The position numbers were made by a program, and so were the translations under genes. DNA of 64,000 nucleotides from Klebsormidium nitens (Eukaryota; Plantae; Klebsormidiophyceae). Below are positions 23,701-33,900 of the stretch, piece by piece. Every line of letters starts with the position of its first letter. The stretch's first letter is position 1. Location of the stretch: NCBI GenBank assembly GCA_000708835.1, contig DF237057.1, positions 129,647-193,646 of the forward strand, written 5' to 3'. Below the pieces are notes generated by a model that had not been told where the DNA came from, did no database searches, and saw only the letters and a list, made by a program, of their open reading frames with translations.

Positions 23701-26700
23701 AAGCAATCATCCGACTGAACGAGCCCCCCGAAAAGATGTTCGTCGTGCGGAAAGGGGTGGTTGCCGGAAACGGGCGCATTCACACTTCTGGCAGCGTCAT
23801 TGGGACGGACATGCTGTTCGAGGCCCGGAGCACCCGGCGAGCCCACAGGTGGGAATAAGCCCCTCGATGCTTGCAAGTGTTGAAATGCGTGTGTTCTCTC
23901 TCAAACAAAGCCGGTATGCAGCCTTTGAAATTACAAGCAGAAAAAGGTGCTGTCTGTCATGCATAGTCCGGGCTATTCTAATTCGGGCCCTATATTTGCG
24001 AGAGGTAAAGAAGCTGAGCGAAAGTGCGGTGAACTTCTCCTTAGAGCCCCGGCCATTCACATCGATTCCGTTTTGTGCAGCGCTATGGCCTTGACGTACT
24101 GCGACCTGATGTCATTGGATCGAAAGGTGAGAACAGCCGCGTTCAGGGGTATTCACACTAACAGGAATCTGCAGTGGATGGATGGTGGCAAAAGCCGCAG
24201 AAAGGCGACCAGCGCTATGCTTTAAAAGTCCTTAGGTCGCCATGGGCGCGACTCGAGCCGCTCGAATGAAGCGAAATGCTTCTCTTCTGCGTCCGCGTCA
24301 TGTTACATATTGTGGGTGCACCGGTCCACCTTGTTTGATGGCATACTGTCTTTGACGTTTGGATGCTGGCATAGTACGTTGGAAACTTTAGCCCACGTTT
24401 CGCGTCCCTCTAGTCGTGGGCAAAAAATTTGTTCCTGATTAACGAGCGCGATTCCAACCCACTCGCAATCCTAATCCTGGTTAAGAGCACGGTTCCAGAC
24501 CAAGATACTCTGTTCCTGATCAAAGAGCGATTTTCAGCCCACTCGCAAACGGCTGGTTGCTCAATACTCTTTCAAGAGAGAGATGGAGGGCTCTGCTACG
24601 TGACGGCACTCTTCAAAAGTGTTGGCTATCTAATCTACAATGTGAAATTGATTCCGCAGGTCCTGTTTCAAATCTTGGAGCATCACCCGGACGTGGCGGA
24701 AAATCTGCGGAAAGCATCCATACGGACGCTCTTTCGAACAGAGGTAAGAAACACTGCCCCAATTTGACTCCTATGGTTGTCCTTCAACATTTTTCCGGTC
24801 CTTCATTCCGACAGTGCTTTGATGAGTGCGTGATGAATTTCATCTAGATAAGAATATAGAGTCTCCCCGCGAGTGTCCCAGGGATTCGAGAGAAGGGTAG
24901 TCCGTGTTTCGGTCTGTTCCGTGGAACTCTCCAGCTCGCTTGAGCACTCAGCTCAAGTGAATGGCCGAATGGACACGCCCCCGCTACACGTCCTCAATAC
25001 CGACGAATTCTGAATATCATTCCGCAACGTTATGCGGGTCAAGCTCGCGATTGCAACGCGCAATCGACATCTTCCGTGTAAAACCATGCCTGTGAAAATT
25101 CCGCGTATTTGCGTGCAGCCGATCCGTTTGGGCTTTTGCGGAACCTACACAGGGCTTTTCGGTCCCCTCTTTCTCTGCAGGCGCTCGCGATTGTGCATAG
25201 TCACACTTTCACTCTTGTTTGGATTCCCGCGTACTCTGCGTGCAGTCACAGTTGCCAAGGCCCCGCACAATCCACTGAAATCTTAAGCAGTTTCCGTGCA
25301 GGCACGCGCGCAGATGCGCGCGTTCAAGCTCACGCTGGCCTCGCGCAAAACGGCTGTGACCTTTTGTGTCTCTCACATATTCATCTACGCGCGCACTCGA
25401 GCCTTCTGTAGCCCTGCGCAATAAATCAAAAGCTCTGCTGCTTCTCGCTAAGGCGCTTGCGATATGCGTGCGCGGTCAAGCTCGCAGCGGCCTCGCGCAA
25501 AGACCAGAAACGCTGACATTCTATGCCTCACTTTTTCACTCTTACGCGCACATTTAGCTTCTCTTCAGCGTCGCGCAATGGTGCCACTGAAAGCTTTGCT
25601 GCTTCTCGTTTTCAGGCGCTTGCGTATAAGCGCGCGGTCAACGTCGCAGCGGCCTCGCGCAAAGACCAGATGCACTGACGTTCATGACACGACTTTTCGC
25701 TCTACGCGCGCTATCGAGTTCTCCTTAGCGTCGCGCAGTTGCGCAACTGAAAGCTTTGCTGATTGCAGGAGCTTGCATATATCAGCGCGGTCAAGTTTGC
25801 AGCGGCCTCGCGCGGAGATCAAAAGCACTGACATTCATGACTCAACTGTTCGCATTACGCGCGCAATCCATTTCCTTTCAGGGTCGCGCAAATGATGCAC
25901 TTAAAAGCTTTGCTGCTTCTCTTTCAGGCACTTGCGCATATGCGCGGGTCAAGCTCGCGGTGGCCTTAGACAAAGACCAAAAAGCACTGCCGTTCACGGC
26001 TCAATTCTCTCGCTCTGATTCTCTCTTACAGCATCGCAATCTTGCAACTGAAAGCTTTGCTGCTTCTCATTCTCAGGCGCTCGCGTATATGCGGGCGGTC
26101 AAGCTCGCGGTCGCCTCGCGCAACCAGGAGGTCGTCATAAGCAAGGAGACTTTCGATGGGCAGCCCAACGGGGAGAGAATAAAGGTCGGCCGCGTATACC
26201 TTCCTCGCACAGGTTCACTGCTTGGAACGATTTAAAAACCACTTTGCTGTGGCGTGAGCTTGATTGTCGTCGTTCTGCCGTTCTTATTTACGTGTGCGAG
26301 GAACTTCCTTTTGCGCTTCTTCTTTCACGATAGGATTGTGTGAAAGGAAATGCGGGTTAGGATCCAGTATCTGGTTTGAGACGCTTTTCGGCGTTTTTGT
26401 GCGTATCATCGCCCATCATGAGGAGAAGAAGAAACATACGAAGCCGTGCACTAACTAAACTTGACGCTCAACCAACCACCACAATCCTTAGGGCTTTTCT
26501 CACAAGCCGCTGCATTACTTCGGTTCTAGAGGGTACCTTTCGTCAATGCGCGCTTCCTGTGTGCTCGGTGTTCTTATTTCAATGCTGTTTGAGCTTGTTT
26601 ACTGCTCGGTAAAGTCACGAAGAAAATCCTGAGTCAGAGGATCAGCGGCACTACAAACGCACCTAGAGTTACCCGGGGAGAAGAGCTTGACACCATAATC

Positions 26701-29439
26701 GTTTTCCCCCCTGCAGTTCTACTTGGACAAGCTAGTGGTGTTGCTACGGAAAGATCAGGAGGAAATGGACCGCTTGAAGGACGCCACCCTCAAGATCCAG
26801 GTGAGGCAGTCACGTGCTAGCCCAAACGGGGTTAGGTTTCGNNNNNNNNNNNNNNNNNNNNGGTAGAAGGTACGGTACTTCTCGGGCCAAAATGTTCCTA
26901 AGGTATGTACATTGGTCTACCACGTGAATCTGAAATGCCATCCGATTGGCTAAGAAATCTGGAAAGCTTTTTGCAGCTTTTCGGTCGCCGCGCACCCTTA
27001 TGAGATCAAAGGGAATGGTTGTAAGTCTTTGGATCATCTGAGCTCGAGCAATTATTTCAGAAGAGCTGAGAAGGGTATAATGTGCGTAATCGGATTACGA
27101 GCTCATGGATATCCGTGATAATCCAATACTATCTGCCGCAAAGACATCCTGAACCAGACTGATTCTTCATAGATCTGTACTCGTCGAACACTCAAGCGCT
27201 ATGCCCGAAACTCACATCACATACCATCCATTGGATTTCGAAACCCAGAAACCAGAGGCCATGACAAAAATCCTTTACCAATGCAAAAAAGAGATTCGCC
27301 GCCCCTCAAGAGATTGCAGTATAATGCCGCATACGGCCAGCCTTAAGCTCCAGGAATGTAACCGCAAGCGTCGTACACCAAAATTGTAATACCCTACACC
27401 CGAGAGTCAAACCCAAAACCCAACCCAGATGGTAAATCCAAAGTCGAACCCAGATCCAAACCCAAACCAAGCCCAAACCCGCCTGTTCCGCTCCGCAGTC
27501 GGTCTTCCGCGGCCACAGGGTGCGGAAAAAGTACAAGGGCAAGCTGCGGAAAACCGTGGATTCGCTGGCGAAATCGGGTCCGGTCCTGCTGACGCGGCTC
27601 ACGCCAGACTCCGCCTCGAACTTCAAACCGCCGGTCCCCTTACCGCCTGCAAGTGAAGGGGTGAGTCCGGGGCAGCAACCAGGGTTATGAACTTGACCCA
27701 ATTTTTTGGACAAGAGGGTGGGGGGGAAGAGGCGGGAAAGAAAGAGGGGGGGGAAATGATTTCCGGCCATCCGGATCTGATGGATATGTTTGTTCATGTT
27801 TCTGAACGAGCTCGTCGAGAGCTCTCCAAAGACATCAGGGGGGCTGAGCCACTTAAAAGCCCAGTCAGCTTTTCCAAAGTAAAGCTTCTTCCGAGCAACA
27901 TGCCAGCTTCAGTGTCAACCGAAGTAGACTAGTTCTGGTCTGCAGCAAAATGACCAACTTGCACTGTTGTTTCCACTGAAACTGGCAGGTTGCTCGGAAG
28001 AAGTTGTGAGCAAAAGAACACATGGGGTTACCGGTTCATGAGCTGGAGACAAAGGAAGTGCTCCTTGAAGCTTAGTTTCCGTCTTTTGAGGCGTGGGATC
28101 CAACCATCTGAAGCAAACCAATGCTTTGCATGAGTGTGATGTACACTTGGCAACAGTAGGCATTTCTGAAGCGGCTTCGTGGCACGTACTGGCATATGGA
28201 AGAGCGCCCGTCAGGGTTGGGACTAGTTTTACATGAAAATGCAGAGAAAGGAGGAAACGAAAAAAAGGAAGGATATATCAGGAGTGTACGAATGAGCGGC
28301 CCGCATCTGCTACCGATCTCATCTTGCTGGGCACTGTTTGGGGTTCCTAGTTTAGCTGGTATCGAACAGCTTCAGCATAGGCATTTGAGCAGAAACCAAA
28401 GCACCCCCTGCGTACATTTTCGTCGATCAATGTCCCGTTTCGCGCCTGCAGAGGACCATTATTCTTCCGGCCTTTCCGCCGCATGTTTCTGATCCTGAGA
28501 GCTTCGTCTTTGGCGCAGGACTTTGTCCGGTTAGAGGAGACGGTGGACCGGCTGCAGCGGCAAGTCTATGCGTCGAGCAACCGGCACCAGAAGCAGGTGA
28601 GAGGATGCGCCCGAAAAAATGGGGTTAGCGCTTTTCGGTTTTATTGAACCGGTTTAGAACGTCGAGCATGACAAACTTCTGAGAGAAGCAGGTGAGAATA
28701 GGCCCCGAAAATGAGGTTAACGTCTTGGGTTTGAATGAGCGGATGTGGAGCCCAGCAAGACAAAAGTCTGAGAGAATGCGGCCTGAAAATGGGGTTAGCG
28801 CTTTTGGGTTATCATCGAACCGGTGGGGCACATCGATGGTAACGGGTTTTCAAAAAAGCAGGTGAGGTACAAATTCTTCGAAGAAGGTCCGCATGGTGAA
28901 CTTTCTAACCATTTTATATCGACGGGTTTAGGAGTGGAGCATCACTCACCAGAAGCAGGTGGGGAACTGCTCCTGACAGAAGATCGCTTTCTGGGTTCGA
29001 CCGATGAGCGGTTCATCTAGCACTTTTAACCTGATTCTTGCGTTCCTAATCCCTCTTGGAAACCCGAAAAGAGAAGGTCGTGGTCTCAAAGTGCGGCGGG
29101 GTTTCGGATTCGCAGAATACGATTTTCTGAAGAAGCGCGTATTCTTTAAAGGGAAACGGCTGGCAACAAGCGGACCCATCACAGAAGACAGAGCGGTCAC
29201 GTTCTCCGAAATCTGCGCGATGCTCTTTATAGGGGAGCGCGTTTTAACGCCCATGAAGTGCAGCGACCGCTGGAAATTCAGCGCGATCCTTTGCTGACGT
29301 TTATTTCTGACGTCATCCCTTCATTTTCGACCTGCAGATTGAAGCAACGCGGGTTTCCTTAGAAAAGCAGCTGGCCGTGAGCAGCCGGGAAATCAACTCA
29401 AGGCTGTCGAATCTGATGGAGATAATTAGGAACGGTTGA
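11770..29439 (+). CDS. Voltage-gated K+ channel with cyclic-nucleotide-binding-like domain and C-terminal IQ motif (~960 aa, 19 exons)
   Basis: Exons: 11770-12381, 13561-13770, 14683-14885, 15348-15423, 15876-15926, 16565-16668, 17665-17806, 18572-18691, 19439-19588, 20614-20823, 22447-22611, 23661-23848, 24081-24126, 24660-24743, 26077-~26184 (donor uncertain), 26717-26800, 27499-27660, 28519-28596, 29338-29439. Phases are consistent. S1 entry INPK|SAFITRWD, S4 ILRLGRLLK|LLRLARTGRIIQRL, filter SLTSTGYG|D, C-linker FMEDHHLPPDLRTKLR|DYFRY, CNBD (ETFAPQEAII...MFVVRKG), IQ motif KIQ|SVFRGHRVRKK, terminal coiled coil. Confidence 0.93.
14208..14682 (+). repeat. Intronic degenerate copies of channel exon 3 acceptor + exon start
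   Basis: ttttcag|gaggcgtttgaaagggcatggtg (14211), ttttcag|gaggccttcgtggaag (14344) and gaggcgttcgagaaacgcatggtg (~14479), versus the true ttttcag|gagccgttcgagaagggcatggtg (14683). Confidence 0.85.
16765..16835 (+). repeat. Dispersed repeat copy, inverted homologue of the interior of the 18277-18474 MITE
   Basis: gacgggtgaggttagtttgggggtgaggatgggtatgggcgcggagcgcgtgaatttttggttatggtttt aligns by eye at about 80% to the reverse complement of 18345-18417. Confidence 0.7.
18277..18474. mobile_element. 198-bp MITE with ~40-bp imperfect TIRs and 8-9 bp target-site duplication (hAT- or Mutator-like)
   Basis: cccttgtctccgaaggggcttgtctcttaagattcaca is inverted against tgtgaaccttgtgagacaagcccgttaggagacaaggg (about 33/38 matches). 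The element is flanked by the direct repeat gttctagtt at 18268-18276 and 18475-18483. The interior is CCCTA-rich. Confidence 0.8.
18770..19438 (+). repeat. Intronic tandem duplication (~295-bp unit) plus copies of exon 9 acceptor/start (LACVWRL)
   Basis: 18770-18965 aligns to 19065-19255. Exon-start copies occur at ~18932, 19227 and 19334; the last is nearly identical (ttggcgtgcgtgtggcggctgaccgcggacctggagtcg). Confidence 0.88.
19589..20095 (+). repeat. Three intronic copies of the pore-helix/selectivity-filter exon end + donor (…TSTGYG|GT)
   Basis: Donor GT at 19589 (true), 19750, 19917 and 20090. Each is preceded by ...tacttcgcgg...ctcacctcgaccggctacgg(g). Confidence 0.92.
20250..20613 (+). 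repeat. Two intronic copies of exon 10 acceptor/start (DVTAVTVWEQYYVIF)
   Basis: AG at 20259, 20454 and 20613 (true). The copy at 20455 is nearly identical to the exon for about 67 nt. Confidence 0.92.
20824..21870 (+). repeat. Five to six intronic copies of exon 10 end + donor (NNFMEDHHLPPDLRTKLR|GT)
   Basis: Donor positions 20824 (true), 21005, 21150, 21290 (GC), 21456 and 21575, with a weak copy near 21825-21865. Confidence 0.92.
22295..23215 (+). repeat. Copies of exon 11 acceptor (22303) and donor (22769, 22927, 23208) flanking the true exon 22447-22611
   Basis: cag|gactacctccgataccggcacaacaac upstream. ...ccggagctgccccaccgagttcgtcatcgag|gttagcgcgtaacc repeated downstream. Confidence 0.9.
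25170..26076 (+). repeat. Six-copy ladder (~150-bp period) of exon 15 acceptor/start (ALAYMRAVKLAVASR)
   Basis: AG at 25180, 25301, 25452, 25615, 25768, 25927 and 26076 (true). Most are followed by gcgct(t/c)gcg...gcggtcaagctcgc...gcctcgcgcaa. Confidence 0.92.
28597..28965 (+). repeat. Copies of exon 18 end + donor (aagcag|gtg)
   Basis: aagcag|gtg at 28597 (true), 28692, 28862 and 28959. The following gaaaatg(a/g)ggtta.cg segment is shared by the units at 28597, 28692 and ~28770. Confidence 0.75.
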
Positions 29440-30928
29440 TGCTTTCGACGTCGAGAAATACGAGTTGACTAACCAGGGGCTACCTTATTTACGAAGAGGG
29501 TCCGGCTTTTACTTCGATTTGTAAGTTAGGCCTTCGGAGGGACTAAAATGCAGTGTACGGCAATTCTGGTATACTCCGTTAAGATGTGCGTGTCTTCGAT
29601 ACTCCTTATACAAGCGTAGGGTTTGGCTTGCGATAGGATAGGGGCGCTTGGCTGGACGCATACGCTATGCGCAGCTGAGACGTACATACGGTAGACCTGA
29701 GGACATGAGGATTGCCTGCCAAATGACTAACTCGGTTTTGCATTATCGGCGGTCCTTAGTGGTATCCTATGGAGGAGACGCAACAAAGAAGACTGTCCTC
29801 GGGGTTTGTAGAGTAAGAACCAGCAGGAACGCTTTAGCAATTCGGGTGTTATACGAGTGCTAGCTGCCTCGTGACACCTTTTCCGTGTGTTCTGTAGCAG
29901 CGCCGGGCCCGACCGCGGTCTTCTTCTAATTGAAACACATACGGACTCACCATGGCGCACCATGAAGAAGTGCAGCCGCTTTTTGGAGCTTGCCTCCATG
30001 ATTCCTGGCGGTCCCAATTAGTGGTAAATTGGATAGCTCGTCATGATTACGCAGGCTTCTATAAATTGCTCTTTGCGGACGGGTGTGGTGCACGGGCCCT
30101 GGAGCAAAGCTCCCACCGGCCAGCCACCGTCGGACGAGTACGAGCTCGATTGTGTGGAAAAGCATTTTATTCGTTACAATACATGCATGATACCCGATCA
30201 ACGTAACGCCATGCACTGATCAGTGCCACATCGAGTGCGCCGCAAGATAGCGGAGATTGGTACTAGTAGTACGTATATGCCCATGCTCTGCAGAAGATGC
30301 CGCCCCTTCAAGTTACCACGTAGCTCAAACTGCACTTAGATCCGCTTTCACCGTAGCTACTATACATGCATACATCGTTTAGCATTGAATGCTGCGTGTC
30401 AACTTGGTGCGCATGCTTGCAGCAGTCGCTGATCTGCGCATACCACCTGAATGCGCCATCTTTTTGCCCATCAGCCTGGATATCATCTGTGTTTGCTCCT
30501 CCCCCGGCACTAACCTCGCCCGAGCAGTCATGCATAGATACCCATTCAATCCCCATCAAAGATCAGGTTGCTACCTTTGATGAACGGACTTGATGGCGAT
30601 GGGTGCCAGTGCCGACTCCGAAACAAGATACTGTGCTTGCATGCACCTCAGCTTACGCTTCAATCTCATCTAGGAGTCTGGAAAATTGGACGCGCTCAAT
30701 CAGCTGCGTCTCTATACTATAGCCTGAGCCTTTTAGACTGTAACGTCGAAAGGCCAGCCAAAAGCCCAGACTGTCATGATCAATGCATTTTCTTGCTTAT
30801 TATTCAGAAAGAATGCACGTTCCGCTAACTGGCCACTCTGCTTCGCAACTCGTTTTGCAACACTCACCTTCAGCGTAATCTGCAACTGATCCTGTGTTGC
30901 AAATCGCCAGAATCATGACTGTCATTGT

Positions 30929-33900
30929 CTAGAACCTGAGGTTGATGGGTCTCGTCTTCTTGGCGTACTTCTCGTAGTTGATGAGCTTCTCTTGTCCCAA
31001 GATGCTGAGCTTGGTGAAATTGACAATGGCATCAACCTGGAGGAAGCATTGAGTGCCACCAAATCAGCCAGGCGCAGAATGAGCAAAACGATACGGAGTT
31101 GACTGATTATAGATGTCTTCAAGTTCTACGCTTCCGAAGTAGTGAATCGAGCATCCAGGGTTTTGTCCCAGAAACTAATCGATCGTTGGATCAATTCGAA
31201 CTCAAAAGCTCGCCCGGAACGGAAGGGGCCCGCATTTAACAACGAGCCCTTTGCATGAAGTTGCCAAACAACCAACGACGATGCAATTCAGATGCCCGTC
31301 AGCGCACAACCAACCCCGTAGGCGTGGCATGATCGGCCCAGACTTTAATCCACAAAGAAGTTTCGACTTGCCTGGTAGTCGGTTTGGGAGACGGTTTGCC
31401 GGCTCTTCTGGTAGTCCTTGACAGCACGAGCGAGCCGCGAGTCTTTGGCCAACTCAGCCTCGGTGGCGGCTTGATCGGGGCCGAGACCGAGAGACAAAGC
31501 CACAACCTGCAACCAAACAGGGGCTTTAGTGGTTGGTATCGGTGTCTAGAACAGATCTAGTAAGCTCAGCTTATAGTACTGGGACGGACGGGATTAGATA
31601 GTATGGGATTAGCGTTGGTACGGGTGCGGACACTCCAGGTTTAAGTTTTTAGTGTTACCTTCGTTCTTACCACAACTTGACCTTAATTTACGTTGTTCAG
31701 AGGACTATGTGGTTCGTTCAAGTGAAGGCGCCAGCGTCGGACAGGTGGGATTGACCAGTGGGTCTAGAAGCGTGGTCAAGAAGCGGAAGGGGTTACGGCC
31801 TATGACGGTAGTGGCGGCCTTTTCTTTGCAGAGCTTGTCATTCCTGAAGCCAGAAATGTGCTCGATTGAATAGGACGTTGAGCTTAGCACTTTGTGGTGT
31901 TTGCAGGGCAGCGGAAACAACAGCTCTTTCAGCGACTATAACGGCGCAGTCTCAAACCATCAATCGCCCGAGTAAGCCCCTCACATATTTCGGGGTGAGC
32001 CCCGCCCTCTGGAACGTGTCCGCCCACGCCGAGAGCGGCGCGTCGGGGCCCGGAATCCGCCCGGCGGGGGACGGTTCCGTTGCGTCCTTCCGCCCGAGCT
32101 TCTTGTCGAAGAAGCCCCACTGGCCCGCAGAGCCGAACGCGACCGCGAGCTGCGCGCCCTTCTTCTCGTCGCCGCCGGCCGTCTCGATGGCGCTGAACAA
32201 AAACTGGGTCTGGAGGGCAGCCTCGCCTGCGGGGAGAATTACCTTTTTCAGATCTTGAACCCAGAGCAGCAGTAATTTGGAGACGATTCTTGCAAGCGAT
32301 TGCGGTATAAGTGAAAGACGAGTTGTCGGAAGCGCTCAGCAAAACTGCGTCCGGGAAGCGGCCTCGGCTGCGGAGAGAAATATACCCTTCTGAATCCTGA
32401 TCGAGAGGAGCACTAACTTCAGAGAGACTCTTGACGGTGGTTGCAATATAAGCGAAAGGGACAGTCGTAGAAGCGCTAGCAAAAGTAGCGTCTGAGGGCG
32501 GCCTCGCCTGCGAGAAAAGAGAGTTGTCTTAAACCCTTTGGACTTCGTGAACGATCGGAGACATCTTTCAAAATGTTTCAATTTTTAGTGGAGGAAGCCT
32601 GAACGGTGCTGAGCAGGAACAGCGTCCGGTGGGTGGCCTCGTATGCGATGAGAGTTAGCATTGCCAAACCCTTCAATAGCAACAAGTTGAGGAGATTCAA
32701 AGAAGAACGCGCAATACACGCTAGGGAGGAAGATGATATTGGGCGGCAAAATCTTTGTCCAAAGGGGGACCTTGCCTGCACAAGGAAGAGAGCTTTTGGA
32801 ACCTGGAGTACGGATTCGAAGCGAGTGTGGATAGCTGCGAAGAAATAGGAACCGAATCAAAATTGAAGAAGTTGTGGAAGGATGTGGAAGACAAAATGGC
32901 AACATGGCTCGCCAAAAATATTGGTGGTACTGAGCCAGGACGGCTGCCTGAACGCGGTGTCGCTTGCCGAAAAAGGAAGGGCTTCCGAACTCGGAACGGT
33001 AAAATCAAAGCAGTTTCAGGAGAATAGCACAGAATGACTGGATTACGGCTAAGGTTTCGAAAAAAGCAGAATCATGGCTTGAGAAGAACTGAATTGGAAA
33101 AGGAGCTTTATGGTGCTCCCTAAAGAGCCCTCGGCATTTATGACTAAATCGTAGTTGAATTACCCCTAGACGCAGGCAGACCGCACGTAACACCATACCT
33201 GCCACGTAGATCAGATCGGCCCAGCCAACCGGCCCTTGCTCCCCAGCATCCGCATCGAACTCCTCCTTTACTTTCTTCAGCTTGGCCACAATCGGCTTCA
33301 GCTTCTGGTTCTCGGGCCGGTTCAACTCCTCATCCAACACGATGGACCCGTTTGCGCCCCCGGTGTCAGACGCCTGCAAGATTACAAAAGTCCTTCTAGA
33401 AAAGTGGTTATTAGTACAACCTGCAAGCTCAGTTCGCTTCGAATGTTGCAGCGAGCATAGCTACAGAGGTGCTTGAGTAGGGGTTTGCTATAAGAACTAC
33501 ACCGTAGCCGGCTCAATTCACAGCAATGAGAAGCAAAGCGGCGGGGCAGCTCACCTTGTCATACGTTCCGGCATCATGAAGCGCCAACGCAAGAATGTCA
33601 TTGATGACCTTCGGGTCAGACTGCAGGTCAAGAAGAAGCCGTTTCGGGCAATGAGATCAAGCGCCGGGGAGGGCGGGCATGGAGAATAGGATCCAGAATT
33701 CCTGATCTCAGGATTGCAAGGCCACGTGGAACATTTCCGCCGGGCGCAATCTCCGCAATCTGAGCCCTGAACACTATATCGGACGGTCGCGATCGAATGA
33801 GCAGCTTCTACTGGGCATCCCGGACATTCGGCAAACGCGCAGACTGGCAAGCTAGGGGATGTATTACAGGCAGACTTCAACCCCCTACGCTAGCTTCCTC

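Noticed and set aside
24430-24560. Direct repeat (tgttcctgat...cccactcgcaa) as an echo of the exon 14 acceptor
   Set aside because: The repeat is real, but its similarity to the exon start is too weak to count as a confident echo.
19589-26076. CRISPR-like repeat/spacer appearance of the intronic arrays
   Set aside because: The 'repeats' are exon-edge copies, the spacers are homologous to one another, the units are too long and degenerate, no cas genes are present, and the context is eukaryotic.
32606-33027. Protein-looking plus-strand ORFs inside a TL29 intron (e.g. KLKKLWKDVEDKMATWLAK)
   Set aside because: Short, with no motif I recognise and no supporting gene structure.
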